Source of the DNA: Spironucleus salmonicida | Lineage: Eukaryota | DNA length: 64,000 nucleotides | Reading direction: 5' to 3' | Assembly (NCBI RefSeq): GCF_000497125.1 | Contig: NC_090603.1 | Location: forward strand, 124,001-188,000 | In this document: positions 62,901 to 64,000 of the stretch, in pieces | Layout of the letters: each line of letters starts with the position of its first letter | Numbering within the stretch: the stretch's first letter is position 1 | Notes under the pieces: model-generated | Seen by the model: only the letters and a program-made list of their open reading frames with translations | Database searches by the model: none | Told to the model about the DNA's origin: nothing | Position numbers and translations under genes: made by a program

Positions 62901-64000
62901 TTTGAGTATTAAGTTCGCATGAACCGCACTCCTCTCACCTGATGCAGTATGTCCGGCAGGTAAAGATGCCGCAGGCACGAGTAGGTGAAAAACTCAGCGT
63001 CGGTGTTCGTGTAGAGGGGGCAGGTTACCGCCCAGCATTAGGTTGATGCAGGGACCGCGAGCAGTGCCAGTCGCAGTATACGAACCCCATGTGGTCGCCG
63101 CAGGAACCGCCGAGCCCGAAGTTTCTTGTGGAGTGTGAAATTTTGTCACTAGGCCTACATCTGCGGATTTTAATACCTGGCGGCAGTTATGGAGGCGCAT
63201 TTGGCTGAAAGTGTTAATGCGGAACTGGTACTTCGCATCATTCGCCCTGCCTAAGAACCACCAGAAGCCGCTGCTGATCTTCCGGTAGTCCGGGAGCAGT
63301 TAGAACACGTAGGTGGCCGTACCGTGAATTTGAATAACTAGTAGAGATTAGATGAATCGAAATTAACGTCGAACGCTAGGGTGGACTTCGCTCCCTTGCA
63401 GGGCTAGAACGGCTTCTGGGTCAGCGACACCAGGTAGTGGATTACTGTGTCCTTTGGGAGTTTCTGCTGCTTGCCGACTTACAGCGCGTATTCTGATACG
63501 TTGAACGTGAAGTTTGAACATTGCGGCTCCGGGGTGAAGAGGTTCAAAGTGTTTGGTGCCGTGCTATTCAGGATCGTACTCTTCAATTTTGGCTGCTGCT
63601 TGAATTTTTCATTTTCTGGTACATCCTGCACCTCCTCAGCGTGGTTGAGCGCGGAATCGAAGGTGAGGAAGTCCCAAGGGGCTGGACGGATACCGGGAGC
63701 CGCACCTGTATAACTATCGTGTTTGACGGTAGGATACGCCACTGAGGGACAGCAGATGCTTCATGATCTCTAACTGCAATTCTGGCGTGCTCATTTTTAG
63801 GATTAATAGAAATTTACCCCTAATATTATCTAATAGTTGTGCCTCTGAAATGAGCGAAACGGTGTACGTCAAGCTCACGGTCAGAGCCGGGGTCAGCACG
63901 CGGTACACCTGCTGAGGCTGCAGCTGCACTGGTATCTTGCAGGCGATGGGCCTTACTGGACCAGGAGCGCTGCTGTAGGTGACCTACCTCCACCACAGGC
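59192..64000. repeat. Inverted duplicate of 7957-12737, running to the window end
   Basis: Last 20 bases are the reverse complement of 7957-7976. Confidence 0.93.
62162..62209 (-). repeat. (TATAATAC)n microsatellite, 6 units
   Basis: TATTATAG array on the plus strand. Confidence 0.85.

Noticed and set aside
1-64000. tRNA, rRNA or telomeric repeats
   Set aside because: None recognised by eye; tRNAscan-SE or Infernal would be needed to exclude them

Overview
Eukaryotic DNA from a hexamitid diplomonad, most like Spironucleus (inferred from code and signals, not from a database match). TAA/TAG encode Gln and only TGA stops, so the supplied standard-code ORF track fragments most real genes. Re-reading with TAR=Gln gives intronless genes: two cysteine-rich membrane proteins (1125-3200, 13821-15554), a bacterial-type CofE/F420-0:glutamate ligase-like gene, an LRR-like protein, RPL9, a 2085-aa EGF-repeat protein ending in a polytopic DMT/SLC35-like domain, nagB, a type-I membrane protein, kinesin-2, CDC14, a TOG/HEAT protein, a class I HDAC, several hypotheticals, and two inverted copies of a giant protein with variable 117-aa repeats. 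The window is heavily rearranged: an inverted duplication (30726-39324 / 49952-59897) around a single-copy housekeeping core, a second inverted copy (7957-12737 / 59192-64000), and two direct duplications. The most striking pattern is that four duplication breakpoints fall inside members of one type-I membrane-protein family, several at imperfect microhomologies. All translations and alignments were done by eye.
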